A DNA stretch of 64,000 nucleotides from an uncultured Lentisphaerales bacterium (GCA_943788985.1 CALSSJ010000017.1:83795-147794), one strand, 5' to 3'; positions 39,423 through 49,733 are shown, counted from the first letter of the stretch. Numbers and translations are program-made. The notes: a model not told the origin generated them from the letters alone.

Positions 39423-40539
39423 CAGCGATTCGCCGGTACAGATCCCCGTAACCCGCCACCATCGACTTCATTGAAAATCTCTCTATGACTACCGCCCGTG
39501 CGCGAGTTGCGAACTCCGCATTTTGCTCCCGCGCGAGCAACGCGTCGCGCAAGGCTGCGACAAATTGCTTGTGGTCCGTTAAGTCCGCGATCCAGCCGTC
39601 CGCACCGTGCGTCACCGCATCTGCGGCACCACAGGCGGCATTCGTTAGCACGGGCACGCCACTCGCCATCGCTTCCAAGGCCGCGTTCGACAGACCCTCG
39701 CGAATCGACGGAATCGCCAGCACATTAAACGCCGGATAGACCTCAGCGGGCAGGGATCTAAATCCTGCGAGATGCACCCGGTCAGAGAATTGTGAGGCCG
39801 CGCGCCTTGCCTCGACTGCCTCTTTTCGCGGTCCACTCCCGCCGACAAACACTAGGTGAAAGTCCGGGAACTCTCCCGCTAACTCGTCGAACGCGGCCAA
39901 CGCGGCCTCATGTCGCTTGTAGGCCCCGAATCGCGCCACCATGCCGACCACAAATGCGGACTCCGCAATCCCCAGTTCTGCTCGCAGCGTGCAGTGCTGG
40001 TCTGGCCGAAACACGGTCGTATCGACGCCGTTCGTCACTGTTGCAATCTCACGATTGTTCAAGCCCAACGCTTCTAGATGCCGGGTCAGCCCGATGGTGA
40101 CCGTCTGCACCGATTTCGCCGCACCGTAGAATCGCCGCCGCAGCGCCAGTCTTTTCGCGGTCTGCTCCTCTTCGGGCATCTCCGAGTGCACCCCGTGCAG
40201 CAGCGGAACCGAGCGCCCCCACCAGGTAGCTGGAGCTGCGTAGATGAGAGTTGCTAGATTATGCGTATGCACCACATCCGGCTTCACGCGCCGGATCGCA
40301 TTCATCAACCGCCAGACAGTGCGCAGCGATTTTCCCGGTGGTTTGCCCAGCACGTCGATGCAGTCGCCGTTGCGAATTAGCCGGTCGGCAAACTCGCCGC
40401 GCGTGGCCAGACAGCAGAATTGCACGTCGAACGCTTCGGGGTCCAGCCGATTCGCCACGTTAACTACGCCATTCTCCATCCCGCCCTGTTCCAAAGACAG
40501 AACGACGTGAAGCACCCGAACAGATTTCGATCCAGCCAT
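39415..40539 (-). CDS. Glycosyltransferase, GT4 family
   Basis: Contains VLHVVLSLEQGGMENGVVNVANRL...HTHN...FVGGSGP...PSIREGLSNAALEAMASGVPV. Its 3' end overlaps the TMTC-like start by 8 nt. Confidence 0.75.
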   Translation of the reverse strand: MAGSKSVRVLHVVLSLEQGGMENGVVNVANRLDPEAFDVQFCCLATRGEFADRLIRNGDCIDVLGKPPGKSLRTVWRLMNAIRRVKPDVVHTHNLATLIYAAPATWWGRSVPLLHGVHSEMPEEEQTAKRLALRRRFYGAAKSVQTVTIGLTRHLEALGLNNREIATVTNGVDTTVFRPDQHCTLRAELGIAESAFVVGMVARFGAYKRHEAALAAFDELAGEFPDFHLVFVGGSGPRKEAVEARRAASQFSDRVHLAGFRSLPAEVYPAFNVLAIPSIREGLSNAALEAMASGVPVLTNAACGAADAVTHGADGWIADLTDHKQFVAALRDALLAREQNAEFATRARAVVIERFSMKSMVAGYGDLYRRIADG

Positions 40540-40683
40540 TCCCAGAGCCACCCACAGCCTTCGATCACAAGAACCCGTAGAGTAGCTCGACTTCGCGCCA
40601 CGACAACCCAAATACGCGCCGCTCGCGGCTGGTACTGCCGCCCACTTGCGTTACTGTACGTATTCTCACTGAACGCTCGCGCC

Positions 40684-40959
40684 ATGGAGGACACAATGTC
40701 TCGGTTCCTGACCCTATTTTTTCTCGTGATGGCTATGCTGCTTGCCACGGGTTGCTGCTGCCGCCCCTACCAAACTCGCGCACACAATCCTTATCAGGAT
40801 CGCACCGTTGACTGGTATTCCTGGCCCAAGGAGAGCATGGAACCCAAGACACGCCGCGTCGCGATCCCACGCGTCTACAAGCGTTATGGCATCAGTCAGA
40901 GTGCAAGCATCGGCGTCATGCCGCAATTGCACAATGGCGTACTGCTGGAGTACGAGTAG
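40684..40959 (+). CDS. Small lipoprotein
   Basis: Lipobox LLATGC after a hydrophobic leader. 91 aa. Confidence 0.5.
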   Translation: MEDTMSRFLTLFFLVMAMLLATGCCCRPYQTRAHNPYQDRTVDWYSWPKESMEPKTRRVAIPRVYKRYGISQSASIGVMPQLHNGVLLEYE

Positions 40960-40964
40960 GCCAA

Positions 40965-42239
40965 TTGTTCGCCCGACTGACGCTGCTCACAGCGCTTGCA
41001 CTACTCTTCGCAGGCTGCCGGACGATCTACGACCCATTTGATGCCGGCAAGAAATCCCAGGAGCGCGGCGACCATCGCGAGGCAGTAGACGCCTACTCCG
41101 AAGCCCTGGCCAACACCCCCGAGTGGACCGAAGCGCAGAACCGCCTGCGCAAGTCTGCCAACGAAGCCATCTCCCAGCGCTACGAAACTGCCAAGCGTCT
41201 AAAAGATCCGCTGGCCGCCGCTGAGACTTGCCTCGAGATTGACCGCGTGATCGCCCGTGGCCGCGAGGCCAACGTCGGCTTGGAAATCCCAGACGATTAC
41301 CCACGGTTTCGCCGCGATCTGCTCGACACCGCCATCGAAACCAAGCGTACTCGGGCACGAGAGCTCGCCGCGCGCGGCAAGTGGCGCGTCGCCCAACGCC
41401 TCATCAGGCAGGCAGGTGAAGATTTCCACGCCACCACTCAACAGCACCGACTTCTCCGCGAAGACGCTGTCCAAATCCAGCTCGATCGCGCCCGCAAAGC
41501 ACTCGCCAAGAACCGCTACTGCGACGCCCAAGAAATCTTACGAGACGCCCGCAAACTTGCGGCAGAAAGCCACGTCAGCGAAGACTTGCGCGCTCTCGAG
41601 CAGCGCGTTGCGGACTTCGCAGCCAAGCGCGTCGTTGTCTTCCCGCTTTGGGCCCCGCCTGAAGCCGGTGAACTGCCGCCCGGCTTCCTCGATGACTTGA
41701 ACCACTCGCTGCATGCTGCGCTACAAGACACCCCGGCCTTTCTCCAGGTTGCCCCACAGACAGAGATCACGAGCTGGCTGCGCACCAACAACCTCTCGCG
41801 CCGCTCCCGCAGCGTTGCGAGCTCCGCGAACGCGGGCGAGGACCTGAAGGCCGATCTCGTCGTAAACGCCTGGCTCGAGCGCATGAGCAGTGACGAATCC
41901 TCGCTCACAGGCCGCCCAATCCAGGCCCGCACACGCGAGGGAGAGGCCACTGAATACACCCTGCTTTCCGGCCCCTGCCGGATCCACTGCCAAGTTCGCT
42001 TCGTGGTGATCGACACCGCGACCCGCAAAGCCGTGCTGGACAAGACTCTCAATACCGTAGCCAAGGGCCGCATTGAGCGTGCCACATTTGCGGGCAACAT
42101 CCGCACCCTTAATCTCAACCCGGCCGAACGTCGACTCTTTCACCTCGGCGGGAACCGCAGCACCGAGGATGATCTCATGCGCAAGGCTGCCCAACAACTC
42201 GTCGACGCTACATCGAGGCTTGCCGGCTGCGACCGATGA
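40965..42239 (+). CDS. Hypothetical lipoprotein
   Basis: TTG start with the lipobox LLFAGC. 424 aa, with a helical N-terminal half. No family recognised. Confidence 0.5.
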   Translation: MFARLTLLTALALLFAGCRTIYDPFDAGKKSQERGDHREAVDAYSEALANTPEWTEAQNRLRKSANEAISQRYETAKRLKDPLAAAETCLEIDRVIARGREANVGLEIPDDYPRFRRDLLDTAIETKRTRARELAARGKWRVAQRLIRQAGEDFHATTQQHRLLREDAVQIQLDRARKALAKNRYCDAQEILRDARKLAAESHVSEDLRALEQRVADFAAKRVVVFPLWAPPEAGELPPGFLDDLNHSLHAALQDTPAFLQVAPQTEITSWLRTNNLSRRSRSVASSANAGEDLKADLVVNAWLERMSSDESSLTGRPIQARTREGEATEYTLLSGPCRIHCQVRFVVIDTATRKAVLDKTLNTVAKGRIERATFAGNIRTLNLNPAERRLFHLGGNRSTEDDLMRKAAQQLVDATSRLAGCDR

Positions 42240-42604
42240 CCCCGTTGGTCACGGTCGTCATGCCCTGCCGCAACGAACAAGACCACATCGCCGACTGTCT
42301 GCGCTCATTACTTGACAGCGACTACCCGCCAGACCGCCTCGAGTTCATGATTTTTGATGGCCAGAGCAAAGACCGCACCCCCGAGATTCTTGCGGAGTGC
42401 GCAAAAGAAGATCCTCGCATGAAAGTCATCGCGAACTCCGCAAAAATCAGGCCCGTCGGGCTTGATCTTGGCTTAGCCGAAGCCACCGGCGAGATCATTA
42501 CCCGAGCCGATGCCCATACCTGCGCGTCCTTACCGAGCTGCTGCGCGCCGAAGACGCAGACATTATCGGGTGCGAACTCGCAGCCAGGAAAGGTCACCGC
42601 GTGA
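42236..42604 (+). pseudogene. GT2 glycosyltransferase remnant (N-terminal ~100 codons, frameshift near 42525, rest deleted)
   Basis: VTVVMPCRNEQDHIADCLRSLL...MIFDGQSKDRT...ITRADAH is the GT2 N-terminus. After AH another frame continues with YLRVLTELLRAEDADIIGCELAA. The similarity then ends about 160 nt before convergent serB. A full GT2 would need roughly 200 more codons. Confidence 0.6.
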
Positions 42605-42763
42605 CTCTTTCACTCCGGGATAGCAGCCGGACCACTGCCCTTCACTCCTCCCACGACGCAAAAATCCGGGCGAGCCGCCCGCGGCGGCCCCACCTTCAGA
42701 GATCTTGGGTTGCGGCGCTAAGCATTCCGTGGATGGCTTGCCCGCGCGGTCTCGCGGGCGGGT

Positions 42764-43990
42764 CTATTCGAATTCTCGGGGCGCCACTTCGCGGTCGCGA
42801 ATTCCGATCAAATATAACAACGAATCGAGCCCAAGAGTGCTAATTGAATTCTTCGCACGTTCTTTCACGATCGGTTTTGCGTGAAACGCAACGCCCAGTC
42901 CTGCTAGATTGATCATGGGCAGATCATTGGCACCGTCACCGACTGCGATCGTCTGCTGTAACTGCAGCCCTTCTCGCGCCGTAATCTCCCGCAGCAAATC
43001 GGCCTTGCGCTGACCGTCCACAATCGGCAACACAACCCGCCCCGTGACCTTGCCATCTTCGATTTCGAGTTCATTGGCGTACACATAGTCGACGCCAAAC
43101 CGCTCCTTCAAGTAGTTGCCGAAATAAGTGAATCCACCAGATAGAATCCCGATCTTGTAGCCAAGATCCTTCAGGGTCGTAGTCAGCCGCTCGAGGCCCT
43201 CGGTCAGGGGCAGATTCTCCGCGATCTCTCGCAGCACCGACTCATCTAGCCCTTTCAACAACGCAACGCGCCGACGAAACGACTCGTTGAAATCCAGCTC
43301 ACCACGCATCGCAGATTCTGTGATCGCCATGACCTCGGCACCAACGCCTGCATATTTAGCGAGCTCATCAATCACTTCTGCCTGGATCAGTGTCGAATCC
43401 ATATCAAATACCACGAGACGGCGAGTTCGGCGGTAGGCATCATCGACATGAATTGCGATGTCGATACCAGTCTGGGTAGCAATCGCCATGAGTTTAGATC
43501 GAATCTCATCCGGCTCACTCGGATGGCCAGTGACCGAGAGTTGAATTGCGGCACGAGGCTTGTGCGCAGTCTGGGCGAAACTGATGCGACCGGAGAGCCG
43601 GGTAATCACGTCGATATTCAGCCCTTGGTTCGAGATCAGTTCCGAAACAAGGCTAATCTGCTCTGCGGCAATGTGCCTGCCCAGCAAGGTAATGATGCGT
43701 CGCGGTTTTCCCTGGCGGCCGACCCACTCTTCATACACGTCGTCGGCGACGTATCGGCTGGTCACCTCAATGCCGAAGCGATCTGCTTGCTCCGCCAACT
43801 CTCTTTCCAGGGCAGCCTGGTCGTGCCCGATCGGGAGGCGAACCATGATGCCCAACGCGAGATGACGATGAATCACAGCCTGGCCAATATCCAGAACTTC
43901 TGCTTGGTAATGGCTAAGCAAGCGCGTGAAAGAAGAGGTCAGTCCCGGCCGGTCACGCCCGGAAATATTAATGATCTTGATCCGTTTCAT
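42764..43990 (-). CDS. serB: Phosphoserine phosphatase with N-terminal ACT-like domains
   Basis: HAD motif I is VVFDMDSTLIQAEVIDELA. Also contains SGGFTYF and AVGDGANDLPM. Two ACT-like N-terminal modules are present. Confidence 0.85.
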   Translation of the reverse strand: MKRIKIINISGRDRPGLTSSFTRLLSHYQAEVLDIGQAVIHRHLALGIMVRLPIGHDQAALERELAEQADRFGIEVTSRYVADDVYEEWVGRQGKPRRIITLLGRHIAAEQISLVSELISNQGLNIDVITRLSGRISFAQTAHKPRAAIQLSVTGHPSEPDEIRSKLMAIATQTGIDIAIHVDDAYRRTRRLVVFDMDSTLIQAEVIDELAKYAGVGAEVMAITESAMRGELDFNESFRRRVALLKGLDESVLREIAENLPLTEGLERLTTTLKDLGYKIGILSGGFTYFGNYLKERFGVDYVYANELEIEDGKVTGRVVLPIVDGQRKADLLREITAREGLQLQQTIAVGDGANDLPMINLAGLGVAFHAKPIVKERAKNSISTLGLDSLLYLIGIRDREVAPREFE

Positions 43991-43999
43991 TTACGCTGC

Positions 44000-44178
44000 C
44001 AGCCTGGATAATTCACGCGATTCGTAGCGAGAGACCGTAAGGTGCTTGCTATCAGCTGCTTGCGGTAGTAAGACAGGTGGAGTGGTATCGAGATACGTCG
44101 AATTTGTCGAACAACGCAAGGTGTTGAGAGTGAGTGCATTACGGCCTCATGGTAGATTCGCGTGAATTATTCAGGCTG
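44000..44178. repeat. 21-bp inverted repeat pair enclosing ~130 bp (MITE-like element or large 5'-UTR hairpin of serB)
   Basis: 44000 CAGCCTGGATAATTCACGCGA is matched by the reverse complement of 44158-44178, CAGCCTGAATAATTCACGCGA, with 20 of 21 identical. The left arm ends 10 nt from the serB ATG (43990). Confidence 0.55.
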
Positions 44179-44440
44179 AAGTCCGATTTCTGTGTCAGCG
44201 CCGGGGAATATAGAGCGCATAGCCTCAGCTGTCGCGAGCATATACGGCAGAGGGCGCAGCTCAGCCCTGAAGATCATTCCCATATCTACGCCGAGGGGAC
44301 TATTTAGGCTCGCATGGGCACGGACAGGAAGGAGGGTCGGTGAGGCTATCCTGGCATTGAGTGTACTGGGTATTCTGCAACGGCCCGCCATTGAGACAGG
44401 CAGTCGTGCGGGCCGTCAATAGTGCCCCATCTCTCCGCAG

Positions 44441-45151
44441 CTAAATCATTGATTCGCGCTCAAAGCGTCGTATCGCCCAAAACTGCGGCGGTGTGTCCGC
44501 GGCGGCCACCTCAGCCGCAACATTGGCAGGGGTTGGGATCTCTTTTGGACTGACACCCTGATCCAGCATTTGACGCAAGATCGCAATCTGCATCGCACGC
44601 GGCCTTTCTTCGATCCCTATTTCAGGGCCGCTGGCAGGCATCTTTTCATCAGCACTCACGGCATAGTCTCCAATCTCATCAGCTCCGCTGTGCAGTTCTT
44701 TCCGCACGAAGGTTTCCTGTTGGTCATTCGCCCGATGCGGCGCGTAATGACGAATCAGTAGAACGATATGCTTCCCGGCAACGCACTCCAAGATCAGACG
44801 CAACCTCGCGCTATTTCGACGCAGCCACGATACCACATCACCGGCAGCTGCAGCACGCATCAGACTCAAGCCGGCAAATGCTGCATCGTCTTGCCGTAAG
44901 TCTCGCTCGTCTGTGGTGGCGAGTGCTACAAGGGTGTAGCGAAGTTGCGGCAGGTTAAACTGCACCTGAGGTTGAACCTCTCCTGCAACGTAGCTCAGAT
45001 TGAACAGATCGCGCACGTCGGGCGCCTGCTCCTTGAGCTTATGGCCGATAAACACACCGGATTGCAACTCAATCGCCACATCATCCCAGTCCACCGCCCC
45101 TCGTAGGCTATCCGGCACAACTTCTCTCAGGAATCCTCGCGCGGCAGCCAA
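44441..45151 (-). CDS. Rpn/YhgA-like (PD-(D/E)XK, transposase_31 family) protein, probably degenerate
   Basis: ARGFLREVVPDSLRGAVDWDDVAIELQSGVFIGHKLKEQAPDVRDLFNLSY aligns by eye with Rpn N-regions (ARDFL..LP..L...DL..L.L...SFID..L....D). The leading HDxxFK segment is absent, and the ExQ position reads VQFNLPQ. Confidence 0.4.
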   Translation of the reverse strand: MAAARGFLREVVPDSLRGAVDWDDVAIELQSGVFIGHKLKEQAPDVRDLFNLSYVAGEVQPQVQFNLPQLRYTLVALATTDERDLRQDDAAFAGLSLMRAAAAGDVVSWLRRNSARLRLILECVAGKHIVLLIRHYAPHRANDQQETFVRKELHSGADEIGDYAVSADEKMPASGPEIGIEERPRAMQIAILRQMLDQGVSPKEIPTPANVAAEVAAADTPPQFWAIRRFERESMI

Positions 45152-45367
45152 CCCCGAACAGTCGGTAAACTATCTAAATCGTCATCGTCCGTGTACTATC
45201 TTCCTCCCGGTAAATTACTGTTAATCTCCTAGGCTTTCTGTCACGCAGCCGATTTCAATTCAGGAACCTGCGAAGGTCCCTTGCTCGATGCAGTCGTGCA
45301 GGGGTGCAAGATTCGCGCTTGGCAGCATACAGTACCGCCCTGTTCCTACCGTGAATTCGAGATTTCC

Positions 45368-47365
45368 ATGACACAACGCAAGATCCTCGTCACCTCTGCC
45401 TTGCCTTACGCGAACGGCAGCATCCATATCGGCCACCTGGTAGAATATCTGCAGACTGATATTTGGGTGCGCTTTCAGAAGATGCGCGGCCATGAATGCC
45501 GCTATGTGTGCGCGGATGACACTCACGGCACGCCGATTATGATTCGCGCCAGGCAGGAAGGAATCACACCAGAAGCGCTTATTGCCAACAGCTATGCCGA
45601 GCATACGCAGGACTTTGCCGACTTCGAGATTGCGTTCGATAACTACTCATCGACGAACAGCGAACACAATCGCGTGCTCTGTAACGAGATTTCGGCCGCG
45701 ATGGCTGATCACACAGAGTGGCTGCCCGTCGAGCAGGCCTATTGCGATACCTGCAGCATGTTTTTACCTGACCGCTTTGTGCGCGGGACCTGCCCCGCTT
45801 GCGGGCTCCAGGACCAATACGGGGACTCCTGCGACAACGGGCATACCTACCAACCCACCGAACTTCTGGACCCTGCCTGCGCGACCTGCGGCACCGCACC
45901 CAGTCGCAAAAGCGCAGACCACCTGTTCTTTAAACTCGAGCCCTTCCGCGCATTTCTGCAGGAGTGGGTCCCCGGACATACCCAGCAAGAGATAGCCAAC
46001 AAGCTGCAGGAGTGGCTGGATGGTGAGCTGCGCCCGTGGGATATTTCACGGCCCGAGCCGTATTTCGGCTTTGAGATTCCTGGCCATCCGGGCCAGTATT
46101 TCTACGTCTGGGTCGATGCGCCGATCGGCTACATCGGCGCCACCCGCGAATGGGCAGAGCGCGAGGGCCGCGACTACAAGGAATTCTGGCAGAGCGAAGA
46201 CGCCGAGATCTACCACTTTATCGGCAAGGACATTGTCTATTTTCACACACTGTTTTGGCCAGCGATGCTAAAGGGAGCTGGCTACAGCACACCCTCGAGT
46301 GTGTTCGTGCACGGGTTCCTCACGGTAAACGGCGAGAAGATGTCCAAGAGCAAGGGCACCTTTATCAGCGCCCGGACCTATCTGGATAATCTCGGCCCGA
46401 TGTACCTGCGCTATTACTACGCCTGTAAGCTGGGCGGCGGCGTCGAAGACATCGACATGAATCTTGACGACTTCATTAAGCGGGTTAACTCCGATCTGAT
46501 CGGAAAGATCACGAATGTGGCCTCCCGCGGTGCCCAGATGTTGTACAAGCGCCTGGATGGGCAGCTCGGCAGCATTCCCAAGAACGGTACACAGCTCCTA
46601 CGCGACGCGCAGTGTCGGGCAGAGACGATCGCCGCCCATTACGAAGCTCGCGAGTACAGCAAGGCTATCGTCCAGATTCGCGAGATTGCGGAGTCCGCAA
46701 ACCGCTACTTCGATGAGCAGCAGCCCTGGGTTACGATCAAGTCCGATCCGGAAGCCGCGCGTGGCGTGATGACCACCGTCCTTAACGTATTCCGGACGAT
46801 CGCGATCTACCTGAAGCCGGTTCTGCCTGGCTATGTGGAGAAGGTCGAAGCGTTGTTCATCGAAGAGCCATACAGCTGGGACTCGGCGCAGCAGACCTTG
46901 GAGAATCGCGCCATCGCGGCCTACACACATCTGGCGAGCCGGATTGAGCACAAGGCGATTGAAGCGATCATCGAGGCATCACGCCAAGCCCCACTGGAGC
47001 CTGAGCCGGAGCCTGAGGTCAAGATCGAGCCGATCGCCGATGAAGTCAGCTTTGACGAGTTCATGAAGGTGGACCTGCGGGTGGCGAAGATCGTGAAAGC
47101 TGAGGCGATAGAAAAGGCGAACAAGCTGTTGCGCCTGACCGTGGATTTGGGGGGCGAAGAGCGGCAGATCATTGCCGGAATTAAGCAGGCCTACAAGCCT
47201 GAAGATCTGGTGGGTCGGTTGACCGTGGTGGTTGCGAACCTCGCACCACGCACGATGAAATTTGGCGTTTCCGAGGGCATGGTCCTGGCGGCTGGCGAAG
47301 GCGGCGCTGAGCTGATGATTCTCTCACCTGATGATGGCGCCAAGCCGGGACAGCGCATCTCGTGA
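45368..47365 (+). CDS. metG: Methionine--tRNA ligase with a C-terminal tRNA-binding domain
   Basis: Contains the HIGH motif (PYANGSIHIGHL), a Zn knuckle (CPACG...C..CG), KMSKS, and a C-terminal EMAPII-like domain (VDLRVAKIVKAE...). Confidence 0.95.
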   Translation: MTQRKILVTSALPYANGSIHIGHLVEYLQTDIWVRFQKMRGHECRYVCADDTHGTPIMIRARQEGITPEALIANSYAEHTQDFADFEIAFDNYSSTNSEHNRVLCNEISAAMADHTEWLPVEQAYCDTCSMFLPDRFVRGTCPACGLQDQYGDSCDNGHTYQPTELLDPACATCGTAPSRKSADHLFFKLEPFRAFLQEWVPGHTQQEIANKLQEWLDGELRPWDISRPEPYFGFEIPGHPGQYFYVWVDAPIGYIGATREWAEREGRDYKEFWQSEDAEIYHFIGKDIVYFHTLFWPAMLKGAGYSTPSSVFVHGFLTVNGEKMSKSKGTFISARTYLDNLGPMYLRYYYACKLGGGVEDIDMNLDDFIKRVNSDLIGKITNVASRGAQMLYKRLDGQLGSIPKNGTQLLRDAQCRAETIAAHYEAREYSKAIVQIREIAESANRYFDEQQPWVTIKSDPEAARGVMTTVLNVFRTIAIYLKPVLPGYVEKVEALFIEEPYSWDSAQQTLENRAIAAYTHLASRIEHKAIEAIIEASRQAPLEPEPEPEVKIEPIADEVSFDEFMKVDLRVAKIVKAEAIEKANKLLRLTVDLGGEERQIIAGIKQAYKPEDLVGRLTVVVANLAPRTMKFGVSEGMVLAAGEGGAELMILSPDDGAKPGQRIS

Positions 47366-47805
47366 GCCGCTCGGTGCTGAACGCTGCGCTAAGCTGCTGC
47401 TTGCTATTTACGGCCTGCAGTCGTTTCGAAGCCACGCCCATCCTAGATGCGGCCTGGGAGAACGACGGCGCAACGGTACGCGCCATGATTGAGGCGGGAA
47501 CCCCAGTGTCTACGGCGGATATTCACGGCTATACCGCGCTGCACGTTGCCGCTTCGAACGGGGACGCCGAGCTAGTCCACTGGTTGCTCGAGCGCGGCGC
47601 AGACGCGCACACACTGACGTTCAATCAGGACACGGTGATTGAGCTAGCCGCGGTACGCTACTTTGCGCTGGTCGATCAGTTGAACTGGGCCCGCGCATCA
47701 CGCGCTACCGCCCAGCCTCTTCTAAACGGCTACTTGAACATCCGTGAGCAGCTAATCACCGCTGGCAGCGATCCCGAAATCTGGGGCAGGCCCAACGGTC
47801 TGTAG
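47362..47805 (+). CDS. Ankyrin-repeat lipoprotein
   Basis: Lipobox LLFTAC and ANK repeats (GYTALHVAASNGDAELVHWLLERGAD). The start overlaps the metG stop. Confidence 0.6.
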   Translation: MSRSVLNAALSCCLLFTACSRFEATPILDAAWENDGATVRAMIEAGTPVSTADIHGYTALHVAASNGDAELVHWLLERGADAHTLTFNQDTVIELAAVRYFALVDQLNWARASRATAQPLLNGYLNIREQLITAGSDPEIWGRPNGL

Positions 47806-47819
47806 TGAGCGACGGGAGT

Positions 47820-48735
47820 CAATCAGTCCTGCGACTGCTGGAACCGATACCGCCACGATCACATCTACGGACGCCGGGGGACTCGACCTCACTGGTACAA
47901 AGCCGATCAACGTCACCTACCGCATGACCACAGATTGTATCGTACCCCACCGGCTCGCTTCCGAATGTGCTTACCGTGAGCTACGACGAGAATCCGGGCG
48001 CTGATCTGGGCCTCGGCAACGGTTCTACGATCGATTTCGAAGCAATCCGGGGAACTGGCTTTACGAACCCGACGCTCACAGGTGGGACGTTGACGCCTAC
48101 TTTGGTCGGTGATAGCTACCGGACTACGGTGGGCGAAGTAGCAGCTCTGACCGTCGGGACGTTTCAATCTCCCTCAACGCGACCGAATTCGACGATCTGC
48201 TGATCTAGGTCAACGGTCTCGATCCCTGCGCCCCCGGTACGACGTTGTCGGACGACGCGTCGCCGTACGTACTCATCGAGCAACCAAACATCGAGATTAG
48301 CGCGGTAGGCGCGAGTATACTTTTCTGCGGCGACGGCAAGATGCCGGTGACGGTGTTCAACAACAACGCCTCGAGCGACCCCGGCCCGGCTTCCACCTTC
48401 TCCAAGGATACGCTCATCTCAGGCAACGCCGTCACCGTCAAAAACGTGACTGCTGGCTACTGCACCGACCGACCTCAATGGTGACTACGAATTCACCAAT
48501 CTCACGGACGCCAACTACGTCTTCGGAGAGACCGATTCCCCTGGCGCCATCTCAACCTCGGACGCCGACACACCACCGTTCTACGATAGCTATGTTGGCG
48601 TCGCTTTTGCCAGCATCGACTTCACCGGCAATGACTGTCTAGACACCCAGGAAATCTTCTCGACCGTAATAACGACAGGATCCCAATTTTTCCCCGCTTA
48701 CTCCTCCGGACACAAAATGCCGGTGGCGCCATAGT
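47820..48735 (+). pseudogene. Multi-frameshifted remnant of the C-terminus of a large surface/adhesin-type protein
   Basis: Fragments lie in three frames. Examples are ..TAGTDTATITSTDAGGLDLTGTKPINVTY.., ..VSYDENPGADLGLGNGSTIDFEAIRGTGFTNPTLTGGTLTPT.., ..VFNNNASSDPGPASTF.. and ..DLNGDYEFTNLTDANYVFGETDSPGAISTSDAD... The last is SdrD-B/Cna-B-like. There is no N-terminus. Confidence 0.5.
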
Positions 48736-49226
48736 GATTGCCAGCACGCACTACGGCGAGGCAGATATCGAGCATGCCATGGTTCGGAAAGCACTACGCT
48801 TCATGGCCAAAAATGGCGGCTCCTGAGGCGAATTCATGCTGTTGGAAAAGCGTGATCTGGCTAGCGCCGCCCAAACCTTTTAGCTCTTCGGTGCCCCTGC
48901 CCTGCGCAGCGCGTCCAATTCCGATGACCGGGCCATCTAGTTGCGGAGTCCGCAAGGCGGCAGCTTTGTCGGTCCGGGGCCTCCGTCCCCATCGAGTTAC
49001 CCCTCACCGGCAAAGGCTGATGGGACGAAACTCTCAATATCAGCTACCGCCGCAACGGCGGGCCTTGGACCGAAATTTACCGCACGCAGGTTATTCCCGG
49101 TGTCTTTGAGTACCAAGTGCCATGGCAACCTCCAGCGGATGGTGCACGATACCATATTCGCATTGGTTTCCCCGCCGAGCAGTAGTTCGGCAGCTCGATT
49201 CTTACCACCCCAGCCAGGAATTCGCT

Positions 49227-49694
49227 ATGTCTCAGAAGAGCCTTGTCCTCATCAAGCCAGACGGCGTCCAACGTCGCCTCGTATCCACCATCCTCCAGCG
49301 CTTCGAAACTGCTGGCCTGAAGCTGCACGCGCTGAAGTTTCTGGTCGCAACAACCGAGCAGTCCCGATCCCACTATCGGGAGCACGTCGACAAGGGCTTT
49401 TACCCGATGGTCGAGGACTACATCACCGAAGGCCCCATCGTCGCCCTCGTCCTGAGCGGCGGTAGCTGCATCCCAAAGATCCGCCAGATGGTCGGTGCCA
49501 CCACGCCAGCAGAAGCTGCTCCCGGCACTATCCGCGGCGATCTCGCCCATCAGCCCATGACACAAGGCGGCGCCCTGCGCAACCTCATCCATGCCTCCGC
49601 CTCTCCAGAAGAAGCCGAGCATGAACTCGGCGTCTGGTTCACCCCCGACGAGATCGTCGACTACGCCCTCCTCGACGACCGCCTGCACTCCTAA
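49227..49694 (+). CDS. ndk: Nucleoside-diphosphate kinase
   Basis: Contains SLVLIKPDGVQRRL...GATTPAEAAPGTIRGD...NLIHASAS, which holds the active-site His context. Confidence 0.9.
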   Translation: MSQKSLVLIKPDGVQRRLVSTILQRFETAGLKLHALKFLVATTEQSRSHYREHVDKGFYPMVEDYITEGPIVALVLSGGSCIPKIRQMVGATTPAEAAPGTIRGDLAHQPMTQGGALRNLIHASASPEEAEHELGVWFTPDEIVDYALLDDRLHS

Positions 49695-49709
49695 AGTACC
49701 GTCCCAACA

Positions 49710-49733
49710 GCTGTCGGGCATCACAGCCCGACA
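49710..49733 (+). terminator. Hairpin 15 nt after the ndk stop (no U-tract)
   Basis: CTGTCGGGC-atcaca-GCCCGACAG, a 9-bp perfect stem. Confidence 0.4.
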
